A stretch of 64,000 nucleotides of DNA from Marsupella aquatica (Eukaryota; Plantae; Marchantiophyta), in NCBI GenBank assembly GCA_973895155.1, contig OZ316891.1:24179899-24243898 (forward strand), written 5' to 3'. The notes beneath the pieces were generated by a model. That model ran no database searches. It worked only from the letters and a program-made list of their open reading frames with translations, and was not told the DNA's origin. The stretch's first letter is position 1. Every line of letters begins with the position of its first letter. Shown one piece after another: positions 34,705-47,509 of the stretch. Position numbers and translations under genes: made by a program.

Positions 34705-37700
34705 ATACCAAGGGATCGGCATACAAGCCGATTACGAGGGCAGAACAAATTGAGGCCCTATTAGAAGTCGAGAGAGCACAGCGGCCTAACTCTCAGGAGC
34801 AAGAAGTGGATGAGATGGACAGACACGATCCAGAGCCAAGGCAGGAAGGGGAGCCGACCACTAATTCAAAACCGAATAGACCGGTAAGGGGACAATCTAT
34901 GGACACCAAGGAAGGGACCGACTCGGCTAGTCCAGCCGAGATCCCAGTTTATGGAGGTATGAGATTAGAGAGACTGGAAGCCGAACTGAACCCGAATTTG
35001 AAGAAGCAGATTAATATGATCCAAGCACGGCAATATCGGAAGCTCGACTTAGGAGAGGGAAGAGAACTGAACTTAGGGAGAAACCTAGCACCTGAGCTCG
35101 AGAAAGAGATCAGTGACTTATTGATTGAATTTCAGGATGTGTTTGCATGGAGTCACCAAGATCTAAAGGGAGTAGATCCAACACTAGGGGAACATCGAAT
35201 TGATCTCATGTTAGGAGCCAAATCATTTCGACAACCAATTCGAAGGATGAACCCGAAGTATTCCCTGCTGGTCAAAACAGAAATCGACAAACTAGTGGAA
35301 GCTGGATTCATCACTCCAGTCCTGCATTCAGACTGGGTGTCTCCAATTGTGATAGTTCCCAAGAAAGCTGGACCCGATGGTAAACCCAAGATCCGGGTTT
35401 GTCAGGATTACAGGAAGCTGAATGAAGCAACATTAAAAGACCATTTTCCTTTACCGTTTACTGATATGGTACTAGACATGGTAGCCAGTCATGAACTATA
35501 TTCATTCATGGATGGATACTCTGGTTATAACCAAATCAGGATTCGGCAGGAAGACCAAATCAAGACGACCTTCATCACGGAATGGGGGATCTATGTCTTC
35601 AATCGTATGCCGTTTGGACTCTGCAACGCACCAGCTATGTTCCAACGATTAATGGTGAACATTTTTCATGATTACTTGAGAAAGTTCATGGAAATCTTCA
35701 TTGATGACTTTGCAGTATTCGGGAAGGCATCGAAACATGCTAAATACCTCAGGAAAACCTTCATGAGATGTAGAGAGGTGGGTCTCAAGTTACACCCAGA
35801 TAAATGTTTTTTTGCAGTAACCGAGGGGGTGCTACTAGGTCACAAGGTATCAAGGAAGGGCATTGAGATTGACAAAGGTAAGCTAGCAGTATGGCTAGAT
35901 ATCATGCAACCTAAGAACATAAAGGATGTAAGATCCTTCTTGGGATGCATTGGTTACTATCGCCGGTTCATCAAGGATTTTGCCAAGCTAGCTTTACCAT
36001 TAACCAATATGCTCAAGGCAGGAGCAGACTTCGAACCCACACCCGAACGAGTCACAGCGGTGGTAGAATTGAAGCAGATGTTAGTAGAGGCCCCAGTCAT
36101 GATAGCACCGGACTGGAACAAAGATTTTCATGTTTTTGTAGATGTCTCGGGCTTCTGTATTGGCTCAGTACTAAGTCAGTTGGATGAGAAAGGAAGGGAT
36201 CATCCCATATACTTCGCAAGCCGTCAGCTTGCCGATGCCGAACGGAACTACTCTACCACGGAAAGAGAAGCATTAGGAGTCATTTATTCTTGTAAAAAGT
36301 TTAGGCATTATTTACTAGGGTACAAGGTAATCTTTCATACTGATCATGAAAGTTTGAAGTACCTAGTCAATAAGCCGGACCTTATAGGCAGAGTAGCAAG
36401 ATGGATTTTGCTATTACAGGAGTTTGACTACGAGCTGAGGATCAAGCCGGGAAAGTTACATGCCAATGCCGACTTCTTTTCAAGGATCACAGGTAAACCT
36501 GCCACGGATTGCATTGATGATCGATTCCCCGACGAGGAGCTATTCGTTGTGGAAATAGCTGGTACATGGTACCCTGAGATTTTACAATTTCTCAGCACTT
36601 CCAGATTACAGCCAGGATTAAGCCGAGAGCAAGCCGCAGTCTTTGTGCGGAAGGTCAGACAGTATCAGTGCATTAAAGGCATACTGCACAAGCATGGAAT
36701 CAACGGCACGATTCAAAGGTGTTTGGAAAAGAGAGAGGTAAAACGAGTCCTACGGGCCATGCATGGAGAGGAGGCCGGAGGACATTTTGCCCCTGTAACC
36801 ACGTCTAAGAAGATATTAAATGCCGGTTACTGGTGGCCCACCTTGCACAAAGATGTCTATCAGTTTATCAAACAATGCGATCCTTGTCAACGAGCGGGAG
36901 GACCAAGGGCGTCCACCAGGCATCCACTGCACCCTATTCTACCTCTGGCACCATTCGAGAAGTGGGGTATTGATTACATTGGACCTCTGAAACCACTGAC
37001 CCACCCTCGACGGAACAAGTACATAATCCTGGCTACGGATTATGCAACTAAATGGGTAGAGGCCAGACCAACAACGAAGGATGATGCAATTACGACGGCT
37101 AGATTCATGTATGAGCAGATCTTCACCAGGTATGGAGCACCCCTAGAATTAGTTAGTGATAGAGGAACCCATTTTTTGAATGATATAATTAGTCGTTTAA
37201 ATGAGCAGTATTTAGTTAAACATAGGCCTACTACTCCCTACCATCCAAAGGCAAACGGGTTGACAGAACGAGCAAACAGGATCATAGGAAAGATATTGAA
37301 CAAGACAGTAGCTCAGAACAAACTTGATTGGGATGATAAATTGTTTGCTGCTGTTTTTGCTTACAATCTTGCCTATAAATCCACTACCGGTCATACACCC
37401 TTCTTCTTAACCTTTGGACAAGAAGCCCTGGTACCCATGCAACTTGAGATACCGACATTTCAAGTTACAATTGAGGAAAGAGCCTCAGCGGAGGAGAGCC
37501 TAAAGGAGCGAGAATATAGGTTAGAAGCTTTAGAGGAAGCGAGAATGATTTCAGCCGAGAGAGTAGAATATAGACAGAATATCATGAAGCAGCAGTATGA
37601 TAAAAGGTTAAAAGTAGTTAGTATTCATACCGGTGATCTTGTGCTACTTTATGACAGTAGGTATAGTAGGTTTCCAGGAAAGCTTTACACTCGCTGGTTA

Positions 37701-37877
37701 GGACCCTTTAGAGTAACCATGATGTTCCCCAATGGCTCCGTACAATTGGCCAACATTACGGGAGAGGTATATCCAGTTCGCATCCATTATGACCGCCTCA
37801 AGAAATACTATATGGACGAAGATGAAGTTGTTCGCGAGGACGCTTCACAATTAAGTGGGGAGCTATGTGATGCCTAG
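34611..37877 (+). CDS. pol: Uninterrupted RT-RNase H-integrase ORF of C (1,088 aa), probably entered by a -1 frameshift at 34635-34641
   Basis: All RT, RH and INT motifs present without stops; ends ELCDA* 12 nt inside the LTR. Unlikely to be expressed now because the 5' LTR is missing. Confidence 0.9.
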   Translation: MGSSSRDSGFSAGVVAEPTGSTTPSIIGKELNTKGSAYKPITRAEQIEALLEVERAQRPNSQEQEVDEMDRHDPEPRQEGEPTTNSKPNRPVRGQSMDTKEGTDSASPAEIPVYGGMRLERLEAELNPNLKKQINMIQARQYRKLDLGEGRELNLGRNLAPELEKEISDLLIEFQDVFAWSHQDLKGVDPTLGEHRIDLMLGAKSFRQPIRRMNPKYSLLVKTEIDKLVEAGFITPVLHSDWVSPIVIVPKKAGPDGKPKIRVCQDYRKLNEATLKDHFPLPFTDMVLDMVASHELYSFMDGYSGYNQIRIRQEDQIKTTFITEWGIYVFNRMPFGLCNAPAMFQRLMVNIFHDYLRKFMEIFIDDFAVFGKASKHAKYLRKTFMRCREVGLKLHPDKCFFAVTEGVLLGHKVSRKGIEIDKGKLAVWLDIMQPKNIKDVRSFLGCIGYYRRFIKDFAKLALPLTNMLKAGADFEPTPERVTAVVELKQMLVEAPVMIAPDWNKDFHVFVDVSGFCIGSVLSQLDEKGRDHPIYFASRQLADAERNYSTTEREALGVIYSCKKFRHYLLGYKVIFHTDHESLKYLVNKPDLIGRVARWILLLQEFDYELRIKPGKLHANADFFSRITGKPATDCIDDRFPDEELFVVEIAGTWYPEILQFLSTSRLQPGLSREQAAVFVRKVRQYQCIKGILHKHGINGTIQRCLEKREVKRVLRAMHGEEAGGHFAPVTTSKKILNAGYWWPTLHKDVYQFIKQCDPCQRAGGPRASTRHPLHPILPLAPFEKWGIDYIGPLKPLTHPRRNKYIILATDYATKWVEARPTTKDDAITTARFMYEQIFTRYGAPLELVSDRGTHFLNDIISRLNEQYLVKHRPTTPYHPKANGLTERANRIIGKILNKTVAQNKLDWDDKLFAAVFAYNLAYKSTTGHTPFFLTFGQEALVPMQLEIPTFQVTIEERASAEESLKEREYRLEALEEARMISAERVEYRQNIMKQQYDKRLKVVSIHTGDLVLLYDSRYSRFPGKLYTRWLGPFRVTMMFPNGSVQLANITGEVYPVRIHYDRLKKYYMDEDEVVREDASQLSGELCDA

Positions 37878-40800
37878 ACAGGAATCACTCGGCCGGTTAA
37901 GTGGGTAAAGCAGGAAGGCACCCTAGGAACACCTTAGTATAGTGACAAAACAAGGAAAATATAAACAATTAGGGGCAACCATGGAACCCGGGCAGAGGCC
38001 GGAGGTAAGGCTGAGGGTGAAAACCCGATTAGGGTTAGGGCGCGTTAAGCATCGGCGGCTAGGAAGGATCAACGGGAAGAAGGACCGGCAGAGGAGAGGG
38101 GTAAGGAGCGCTTGCAGGAGATGGTGGCTCATTTGCGAGCACGAACTAGGCAGACGACTACGGGAGGCCAACTACTGTCAGCTGCTTAGGCAAGCACTCG
38201 GGGAGAGAATTGATACTGACGATCGACCTAAGGAGGGTATGAGCAACGTCAATCAAGCGGCACATTTCTGGGGATGCCTGTTCGAACGGGCAACTAAGTA
38301 CATCAAGACTTACGAGGACGAGGAGTCAGAAAGGGCAGCTCGAGAATGGCAGGAGCTTGCTCGATTGTGGGAGCTGCAGAAGACGGCTTTCTTAGGAGGC
38401 GAACTCATCAAGGACGAGTTCCTGTGGACGCCTACTTCCAATCAACTCGACGATCTTCTGTTTTGCAAAGACAGCGTCATCGGCATCCGAGAGGCCATCA
38501 AGAACTGCAACGACATACACTGGGAATTAAAGGGTAGCACGGAAAGGTGGACCCAGGCAATGGTGCTAGGAGAAACCTCCACGGCAGCAGAGATGAAGAG
38601 GAAGGGAGCCGTCAACGATGAAGCCACCCCGGCAAAAAGAACGAGGTCGGCGGCACCAAAGAAGCCAGCCGAGCAGCAGAGCAGGAGGTAGGGAGAAGCC
38701 GAAGAGGAGGAGGTCGATCCCATGAAGGCCATTCCAACCAGGGATGACACCTGGAAGGGCTGGGCGGCAACCCTACCGGTGGAGGTGCAACTACATTTTG
38801 CACGGGAGGAGGATGCATGCTTTACGGCCATGCAGACCAAGAAGTACCAAGGCTTCATGGCCGGATCCGGTTTGGAGGCCTTTGTAAGATTACCATGGCT
38901 GAAGCCGGAGGTACCGGAGTCAGACCTATTAGAATTCGTGGGGTCATGGGAACCCGAGACCAATTGCACGAGGATATATGGGAAGGATTTCTATCTTACT
39001 CCCAAGGTAATTGCCGAAGTGTTTGGCCTGCCGATAGGCAATAAGACCAAAGTTGATACCAGGAAGACCTTGCCTGACAAGGAGTTCCGGTCGTTCCCCG
39101 GGCCATCAACGAAGAATGGCTTCTTCCGGAACACCTGCACCAACCCGCACATAGGAGAGATGATCGACTTCTTGCGGGTGACCATGCATTGTAACTTGCC
39201 GAGGGCATAGATCGGCAAGGCACAGGTCTATCTGGCAGAAAGGCCAGACCCAAGCCGGGACTACAACGGGTACCTCCTCAACCAATTGAAGAAGATCTTA
39301 AAGGAGGAGCAGCAGGTAATCGGCATGGGGAGCGTGTCGCGGCTTGGCTATCACATGCCGCTGTTGTGCCGGTATGCCAGAGGACAGACTTTTGCCCCGG
39401 TACTTCCCCTGCAGGTAAGGGCACCCGAGGAAGCTCCAACGCCGAGGCCGTTGGCTGAGAAGCCTCAACCACCTGTTAGTCCTATGATCGAGCAGGTGTT
39501 TAGGCCCAGGAAGGAGGACTTGCCGATGCAGCAACCAGGCATGCAGAGTCTACTGAAACTACTGGAGAAAGAAAAGAAATCGGCATCGGCAACAACAACG
39601 GCAACGGCAACAATGCAGGACACTACTACAGAGGTAGGCCTACACCGGCTCACAAGAGAAAACCCCTTTGCTGGAGACAAGGAGAGAATCAGGCCGGAAT
39701 CCAAGCCAGGTGTTTGAATGTACGTGGGAACCTCAAGCTCCGAATCTGAGGCAGAATGGCCTGAAGCTCCTACCGACGAAGAGGAGAGGGAGAAGCCGGA
39801 CGTCCAAGAGGTAGAGGAGGCAGTGGAGGACTGCAGCCATGATAATTCCGGCTATGGGTCGGACCATCACGTTCCAGGAGTAAGGACTTGTGGCCGGTTT
39901 GTCCCCACACTTCCAAGGGTAGTGCGAGGGGACCCCAACCAGCAGAGTAGCCCTGAGTCTCCCCCACCAGATGTTGCTCCCCCGAGCTTTGACGGCATAA
40001 AACAGACGGTGCAGGAATTTCAGGAGCGAATCAAGCAGGAGGAAGAGGCCGCCCTGGCTAAGGAAAAGGATTTACCAGGAGGAGATTGGCCGAAGGACAT
40101 CAGGCGGCTAGCCAAAAAAGGAAGCAAACCTCTAGCCACGATTGAAGAGATCCGCAGGACGGCTTGGGAGCAGAGGCCACGATGGGCGATGCCGATCACT
40201 TCTACTTACTCCACCTACGCTAAGAATAGAGCCATGGAGTATGGTGAGATGTGTGGGGAACTTGCGCTCGGCATCTTTGGAGAGGAGTTGGAGGTAGGAC
40301 CCTTTTTCCATAGGGAGCAGTTGGAGAAGCACCAATTAGAAGAAGCGGTGGCTTTAGAGAGAAGCAAGAAGGACGAGGTCATTCGGCGGCTTAGGAGGAT
40401 GGAAGCCAAGATTGAAGATCTAAGGGCGGCCAAGAAAGCCCAAGATGAACTGCGGATTAAACGACATGAGCTGAACATCATGCAGGGGCAGTTGGACACC
40501 GCGCAGGCTGATAATCAGAATATCAAGGATAAACTGACTCAGACGCAGGAAGAGTTGGCCGACACGATCAAAGAGAGGGAAAAGTGGAAGCAAGAGCTGA
40601 AGAATACAGAGGAGGCCCACATAACAGCCAACAGTCGGGCCATGGCGGAGACCCAAAGAAAGGAATGGGCGTTGAAAGGGGAGCTCGAGAAAATCCGCGG
40701 AGCCCTTGAGCAGAAGGAGGTCGAGTTAGGGAAATCCTATCAAGGGATTATGGCGCTGCAGCAGGAGCTTGCGTCCCTGACGGCCAGCTTCAAGGCCGAC

Positions 40801-42525
40801 CTAAGGGAGAAGGACGAGATGCTCGAACAGACTTACGCCAAGATGAACCAGATGGAGTCTGTCATCATTGCAGAGCTCGACAAGGAGCTAAGAGCAACCC
40901 AGGAGGAGAGGGCTACCTTGAAGAAGGAATTGGAGGAAGCCCACAGGGAGCAGGAGGAGGCCAAAAACGAGCTGGAGGGGGCACGTAAGGACCTAGATGA
41001 AACCCAAGAGGAGTTGGAGGAAATCACGAGGAAGATGGAGAACCTACAGCGGCGGGCCGACAACCAAACAGAGCGGCTGAAGAAACAAGCCGCAGTATTT
41101 AAATGCTTAGCTGCAGCAGGTCCATCTCCCGTTGGGACAAACCAGTTACCAGGGGTGGTAATTGCCGAAGGACAGGCCGCGCCACCTGCACCAGTGCCGG
41201 AAGTAAGTGGGAAGGGGAAGGGACCAGCTGCCGAGCCACCAACGAAGAAGAAGCGGAAACCTTCAGGGTCAAGGAGTAATACGACTTCACAGGCCGTGGT
41301 GATCAAGGAGGTAGACCCAGCACCGACCCCTGACAGGGTCACGGCTAAGGATCCAACTACCCTAGGGGAAGGGGAGGCCGAAGCCGAGGGAGTGGCTGAA
41401 GCCGAAGCCATGGGAGTGGCTGAGGCCGAAGCCGTGGGTATTGCCGAGGCCGGTGTCGAGGCTGAAGCCGAAGGTGGACCCAGTCAGGCCGAGGGAGAGT
41501 TGACTCGGTCAAGGGCAGGTAATTTGTCAGTAGGCGGGCCAACGGCAGTGGCTGAGGAGGAAGTGTTGGGGGCGTCCATTGAGGATCCACCACCGGTGTC
41601 GTGACGGTGCAAGGGCGCCGTTCCTTTTAGGGAGGGCGGACGTGGAGGGAGGAGGCGTGAGTGGGCAGGGCGGGCGCGGATCTCCACGTTTAGGATTAGG
41701 ATCAGAACCAGGAGCGGCCCTGACACTTAGCTTAGTGGGATTGCGGTCCCACTGGTAGGAGCAACACTTGTGCTCCTGCCTTGCTGTACATAGGTAGATT
41801 CGGGCAAGTAGATTACTGTCAGGTAGATTAGGCTTACGATGCAAAGAATGACGGATCCACTACCAGGATAAGTACCTGGGCAGCGGGGAGCTCAGGGCCT
41901 CTTCTTTAGCAAGTTTTTAGTTTGCACCAGCCGGGCTGGGATCAAGTAGTACGAGAAGCTCTCGGTTAGTCATACAGTGACCCTTGTGTATATTCATGTT
42001 TCCTCATGCCTAAGAGCTGAATAGAGTTGGCCTCACGGCTTAGTTCGCAGAACTTGTGTATGAGATGTACTGTTTGTATGGCAAGTGCATGGTATGACTC
42101 AGTCAGAATGAGTCATTTTGCTATTTGTGTGTCGCATTAACTTGTGTGAAGAGTGCCCACATCAACAGAAGGAAGGAAAGTAAGCAGGGGAGTGAGAGTT
42201 GGATGTGTCGAGCTGAGAGAGGTCTTAGCGGCTTAACCAAGCCTATTGGGGATCATTCCGGCGGCGGAATCCAAACATACCTAACAAGACGGAGGGGAAG
42301 ACAGGGGAAGACAGGGGAAGGCCTATATTAGGCCGGCTACGTATCTCATGACCCGATGAAGGATCTGTCCAGTATATGTGTGTAAAATGTTAATAGTAGT
42401 AGTAGAAGGTTAGCAGCGTCCCATGCCGCTAAGCCGCGGAAACGGCCTCGCCAAGCACGAAACCTGCGGGAATCGGCTTGAGCTGGGGGGTTTCTTGGGT
42501 TTAGGGAGCCATGGGACGCACCACA
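37866..42525 (+). repeat. 3' LTR of C (4,660 bp)
   Basis: TGTGATG...CACCACA, preceded by the PPT. Confidence 0.93.
37981..41604 (+). pseudogene. LTR-encoded accessory ORF, copy 3 (1,207 codons)
   Basis: ORFs 37942-38691, 38722-39210, 39286-39717 and 39718-41604 are all in one frame; the stops are TAG/TGA where other copies have sense codons. Confidence 0.85.
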
Positions 42526-42608
42526 CTCACAATCTCACAACTGTGTACACTCCTGAGCAAAATGATGTTGCTGAGTGACTCAACCGCACATTGTTGGAGC
42601 GAGCAAGG

Positions 42609-44390
42609 TGTAATGCAATAGATTAGTTGGAAATGATGGAAAATTTTTGAATTTTGAACTTTTTCTAACTCAAAGGTGTAATATAGCTACCTTTTGTAAC
42701 AATTTAGATCAACTGAACACTTTACCTGATGTTATGCTTCATCGGAGGCTATTGCCTCTATTGGACAAGGATCGTCATATAAATCCTTGCTCTTTGCATG
42801 CTACCAAGAAAGAAGACTGGACATCATTGGAGAAGCAATGCAGACTAGAAGATTCAAGAACCGGACTCCAAAGCACTTCATCAAAAATGAGCTCTGTGTG
42901 CAATTACCACGATCAGCCGATCTCTGATATTTTAGTTAAATAGTTCTCATGGTCAGAAAAGTGTCATACTTTTTCAGGAGGTAGTCATTACGCAGTAGAA
43001 TCATCCCTGAAAGTTTCAGCTCAAGCCGACTTATAGCTAGGAAGTTAAAAATGTTTGAATCTGCTAAGTTTTTGCTGCACCGCGATTACGTCTTTACGAT
43101 TTTTTGATTTTACGAGTTTACGCTTTTACGGGTTTACGTGTATACGTGTTTATGCCTTCAACACTTAGAATTTTTTCCGATTTTCTGTAGTTCTTTATTT
43201 CCGGTACTTTTGGGTATTTTATTGAAGTACCTAAACACCTCAGAAAAGTCTGAGATTTTACCAGCATGAAGACTATACCTAAGAGAATACTCTGGGAACG
43301 TTTCATCTCAAACTGATATTTGGTTTAGAAACTAAAATTAGGACAAAGCCACTATTCATTAGTTTTACCGTAATGTCACTTTTACATTAGTTCACATTTG
43401 CAATACCTTTTGGTTAGTTTTATATACCAGGAACCCTCATGTGACCCTTAGGTACTACTGTAACATACCTTTGTTATTTTTACTTTAGTTCAAGAACCCT
43501 TGAGGCATGAAAGGGCATGTCCTTTCATTTTCTCTCTCCTTGGGTTTCTACCAGCCTATATAAAGTAGAATTTATGTCATTTGAAATGTGAAAGAATTAT
43601 GTAAGCACTATGTTGCAAATTTGCAGCATGACAAGGCTTCACTTTGTAGAGAGAAACTCTGTATTTGCATGAGTGATTAATACAAAGGAATTCTTTCCCC
43701 TTCCTTGTGTTTGAATGTTGGAGATCAAACCAGAGAAGTAAAACCTTGTGAAGTGATGAAATCTTTTGAATGTATGGAGATAGATTCCTTAATTGGTGAA
43801 GGCTATACATTCCTAAGTTCTTGATGCATAAGTTTTTGGCATGACATTGCTTTTGCACGGGATGCAAAGAATGTTATTGACCAATTACCTATGACTTTAG
43901 TTTGACGATGATGATGTTCATTATTCGTGACTCGGAGTACCGACTGGATGCTGAAGTGATTGGTTATTAATCCTAACTGAGTACCTTGGAAGGAAAGGTT
44001 AAGATATGTTGACGACATTTTAATAATCATCCTAGTAAAGTATTTCATTCCAGAAATGTTCTTACGAATTTGTCACCTTAAATCATCACAAATTAAGTGT
44101 TGTTGAGGAGTTACCTTGGTCTATTCCAGACTCCCTCATCATACCTCAAGATTTTATTGTGTTTTGTTAATTTATTCCATTTTGTTAATCGTATTTATAA
44201 TGTTAAGCAAACATTTAAATCTATGCCTTGCTGAGCATCCATAGTAAAAGGCTCACCTTTGTGTTTTCGACACCTTAGTCATTCATAAGTGTTAATTGAT
44301 AGAAAACCATTCTCAACATGTTCTTCCATGGGAACAAATACCGAGTTTTGGGCATTAAATGCTGATTTATGTCCTTAATGCAATACTACA
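42609..44390. mobile_element. Solo LTR (1,782 bp) inside the D integrase, related to 7549-9408
   Basis: TGTA...TACA termini, TSD CAAGG (42604-42608 and 44391-44395). Shares CCTTGGTCTATTCCAGACTCC and GGGAACAAATACCGAGTTT with the other solo LTR. Confidence 0.85.
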
Positions 44391-44704
44391 CAAGGAGCAT
44401 GTTGAGCCACTCTAAATTGTCACAAATCTTTTGGGCGGAAGCTATCAACATAGCTGCTTATCTAGTAAATCTCTCTCCTAGTCGGGCAATTACTTATAAA
44501 ACCCCCTTTGAGCTATGGCACAATCGACCTGCTGATTATTCAAAGCTTAGAGTTTTTGGTTGTGAAGCATATGCACATGTTCCTAGCAACAATAGGACTA
44601 AGCTAGATCCTAGAGCCCATAAATGCATTTTTCTTGGTTATCAGCGTGACGTTAAAGGATATCGATTGTGGGATCCAGTTGATTGCAAGTTACTTGTTAG
44701 TCGG

Positions 44705-45068
44705 AGGTGTTTACAAAAGACAGCAAACAGGAAACAAGATTTAATAACATAAATTGGTAACAGAAAAAAAATCTGGTAACAGGAAAATGGGTGGAATTTT
44801 TTTTTGATTTTTTTTTGAAATTTTTTTTTGAAAAAAGTTTTTTGAAAAAAAAAAAGTGTTTTTTTTCCGGTCGACTAGTTTTTTTTGCTAGCGCCGAAAG
44901 CTAGCCAAAAATATTGCATTGTTAATTTTTTTTGGAAATAACATGTTTTATGAGACATTTTTAAATTGTCATTTTTCCTGGTAACAGTGATTTTTTCTTG
45001 GTAACAACATTTTAAAAACAAGAAAAAAAATCCTTGTTTTCCTGTTTCCTGTCTCCATCGCTATACCC
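44705..45068. mobile_element. 364-bp MITE, Mutator-type
   Basis: 9-bp TSD GTTAGTCGG (44696-44704 and 45069-45077), imperfect TIRs (AGACAGCAAACAGGAAACAAG / CTTGTTTTCCTGTTTCCTGTCT). The host reads KLLVSR|DVSFNE when it is removed. Confidence 0.8.
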
Positions 45069-47137
45069 GTTAGTCGGGATGTATCTTTCAATGAAGACAA
45101 ATCATTGAAGGAAGGGGAGATAGATCAATTCCGTACTACTAACAAAGTGCAATCTCCTCCTCTAGAGGATTTAAGAGGAGAGGATCTGTCAAATGAAGAA
45201 TATGTTGACACTAGTGTAAGGCAAAGCACACTACAATCAGATCAGCCAGAGTCTTCAGTGCAAAGAGGAACTTGTAAACGTCAAGCCCGAGAAAGATATG
45301 GAACTTGGCTTCCTTTTGGATTAGTGGATTTGGATGAAGAATCTATTGATGCATTGGTGACAGAAGATGGAGATCCATCCTCATTTCGAGAAGTCCTAGC
45401 TTCTATGGAGAAGCAACAGTGGCAGGTGGCAATGCGCATGGAAATGAAATCACTTCATGATAACAAGACTTGAGAACTCACTAGTCTACCTAGTGACAAG
45501 CAAGCTATTGACAGCAAGTGGGTGTATAGGAAGAAAGATGGACCCACGAAGGATGCTGAGAAGATATTTAAGGCTCGGTTGGTAGCCAAGGGTTTTACTC
45601 AACAGAAAGGTATAGACTACAATAAGGTTTTTTTACCCGTAGCAAAATATTCAACAATAAGTTTGCTATGTGCTCTTGTAATTTTATTTGATCTGGTTTT
45701 AGATCAAATAGATGTTGTCACGACATTCTTATATGGATCGTTGGATGAGGTGATTTACATTAGGCAACCAGAGGGTTTTGTGCAAAAGGGTAAGGAAAAT
45801 TTGGTATGCAGGTTGCTAAAATCCTTGTATGGATTAAAGTAGAGCCCAAGGCAGTGGAATAAGCATTTTGATAAATTTTTGAAATCACTTGGATTTGTGC
45901 AAAGCGTGTACGATCCATGTGTTTACATCAGGCGTGTGAACATCATAGGTTTTAAGCTTGTCATCCTTGTACTTTATGTGGATGACATGCTCATTGCAGC
46001 ATAGGATAGGGGCAAAGTTGATAAGCTTAAGGCCCAACTCAATTCTGAGTTTAAGATGAAGGATTTGGGCACAGCCAAGAGGATCCTAAGCATGGAGATT
46101 GTCAGGGATGTTAACAAAGCCAAAATTTGGCTGACGCAGGAAAGATATGCACAGAAGGTACTCTCAAAATTCAACATGGCAGATGCTAAGGTTGTGAGTG
46201 TTCCTTTGGCAAGGCATTTCAATATTTCTACAGCATTTTGTCCATCGGATGCGACAGAAAAACGTTTGATGTCCAAAGTTCCTTATGAAAGTGTTGTGGG
46301 TAGTTTAATGTATCTCATGGTATGCACCCGACCAAACATAGCTTATGCCGTTAGCAAGGTAAGCAGATACATGGCAAATCCAAGAAAAGTTCATTGGGAA
46401 GCAGTGAAATGGATTTTGCGCTACATTAGAGGTTCCACTAAGAAGAGTTTATTGTTTGATGCAAGTTCAAACAATATGAAAGTGCTTCAAGGTTATGTGG
46501 ATGCAGACTATGCAGGTGATCTGGATAAGAGGAGATTGACAACTGGATATGTATTTACACTTGCTGGTGGATGCATTAGTTGGAAGTCTACTCTCCAAAA
46601 GTATGTTGCAAAGTCTACTATGGATGCCGAGTATGTAGCGGCAGCAGAAGCAGCATCAGAGACCATTTGGTTGAAAAAGCTTGTCACGGAGATGGGTTTA
46701 TCACAAGATTGTGTCTATCTTCATTGTGACAGTCAAAGTGAAATTTACACTGCCAAGAATCAGGTGATGGATGGCAGGGTAAAGCACATTGATGTCTGCT
46801 ATCATTTCATCCGACATGCATTATCGGATGATGAGTTTGAGCTTGTCAAGATTGATGGAAAGCTTAATCCAGCGGATGCTTTTACCAAAGTATTAGACTC
46901 CAATAGTTTTTCAAGGCATTGTAATTATTTACAAATATTGTAAATATAGAGTTAACCAAGAAAATATCTCTATATGAGTACTCCATCCGATGGCTTATCG
47001 GCTATGGCTTAGTTCTAGTTAACCCTTGCATTAGGGGGAGGGTCTTTTGGCCCTACTGTCTTGAACTTCCCGCGAAGGAACTTGTAAGGAAAAGACAATG
47101 TTATGAATCCTCCCAAGACGTGAGTCAAGGGGGAGTT

Positions 47138-47509
47138 TGTAGAGGTTAACTCAGTCTTGGGTTGAACTATGGTTAGTATATTAACTAAGGTTAGAGTAAA
47201 CCCTAGTTGAAGAGATTGGTCCTTATCTCTTCAACTTGTATGTGGTGTGAGAACACACAAGAGAGTTCTCAAGAGAGAACACAGTGATATAGCAAGAGAT
47301 GAGAGCTTGAAGAGATGAGAGCTATGGTGATGCTTGAGTAGACACATAACCGTTAATAAAGCTTGGTCTTCCCGTGGACATAGCCAACCTTGAGGCGAAC
47401 CACGTAACTATTGAGCACGTGTATGTTTGGAGTGGTTTTCCTAATCTGATTTCTCCCCACATAGATACGCGATAGAAACTTGCTCCACGCCTGAGGTATA
47501 GACGGTACA
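47138..47509 (+). repeat. 3' LTR of D (~372 bp)
   Basis: Starts TGTAGA after the PPT; candidate end GGTACA. No partner LTR is available to confirm the end. Confidence 0.6.

Larger units (their letters stand above)
33203..42525 (+). mobile_element. Ty3/gypsy element C, sister of B; 5' LTR and most of gag deleted
   Basis: Colinear with B from ~22810 onward; 3' LTR 37866-42525; followed directly by copia integrase sequence of D. Confidence 0.93.
42526..47509 (+). mobile_element. 3' half of Ty1/copia element D (Tork/Tnt1-like): integrase core, RT, RNase H, 3' LTR
   Basis: YTPEQN..AE.LNRTLLERAR|SML, FWAEA, KLRVFGC, KARLVAKGF, LYGLK, LYVDDML, PYESVVGSLMYLMVCTRP, YVDADYAG, NPADAFTK; PPT AAGGGGGAG before 47138. 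Confidence 0.9.

Noticed and set aside
37600-37877. Chromodomain at the integrase C-terminus
   Set aside because: Only a GPY/F-type module is present before the stop.
27474-42525. B and C as a tandem element sharing an LTR, or an assembly duplication
   Set aside because: B is closed by its own TSD, copia E and MTase sequence lie between them, and the two copies differ by many substitutions and indels.
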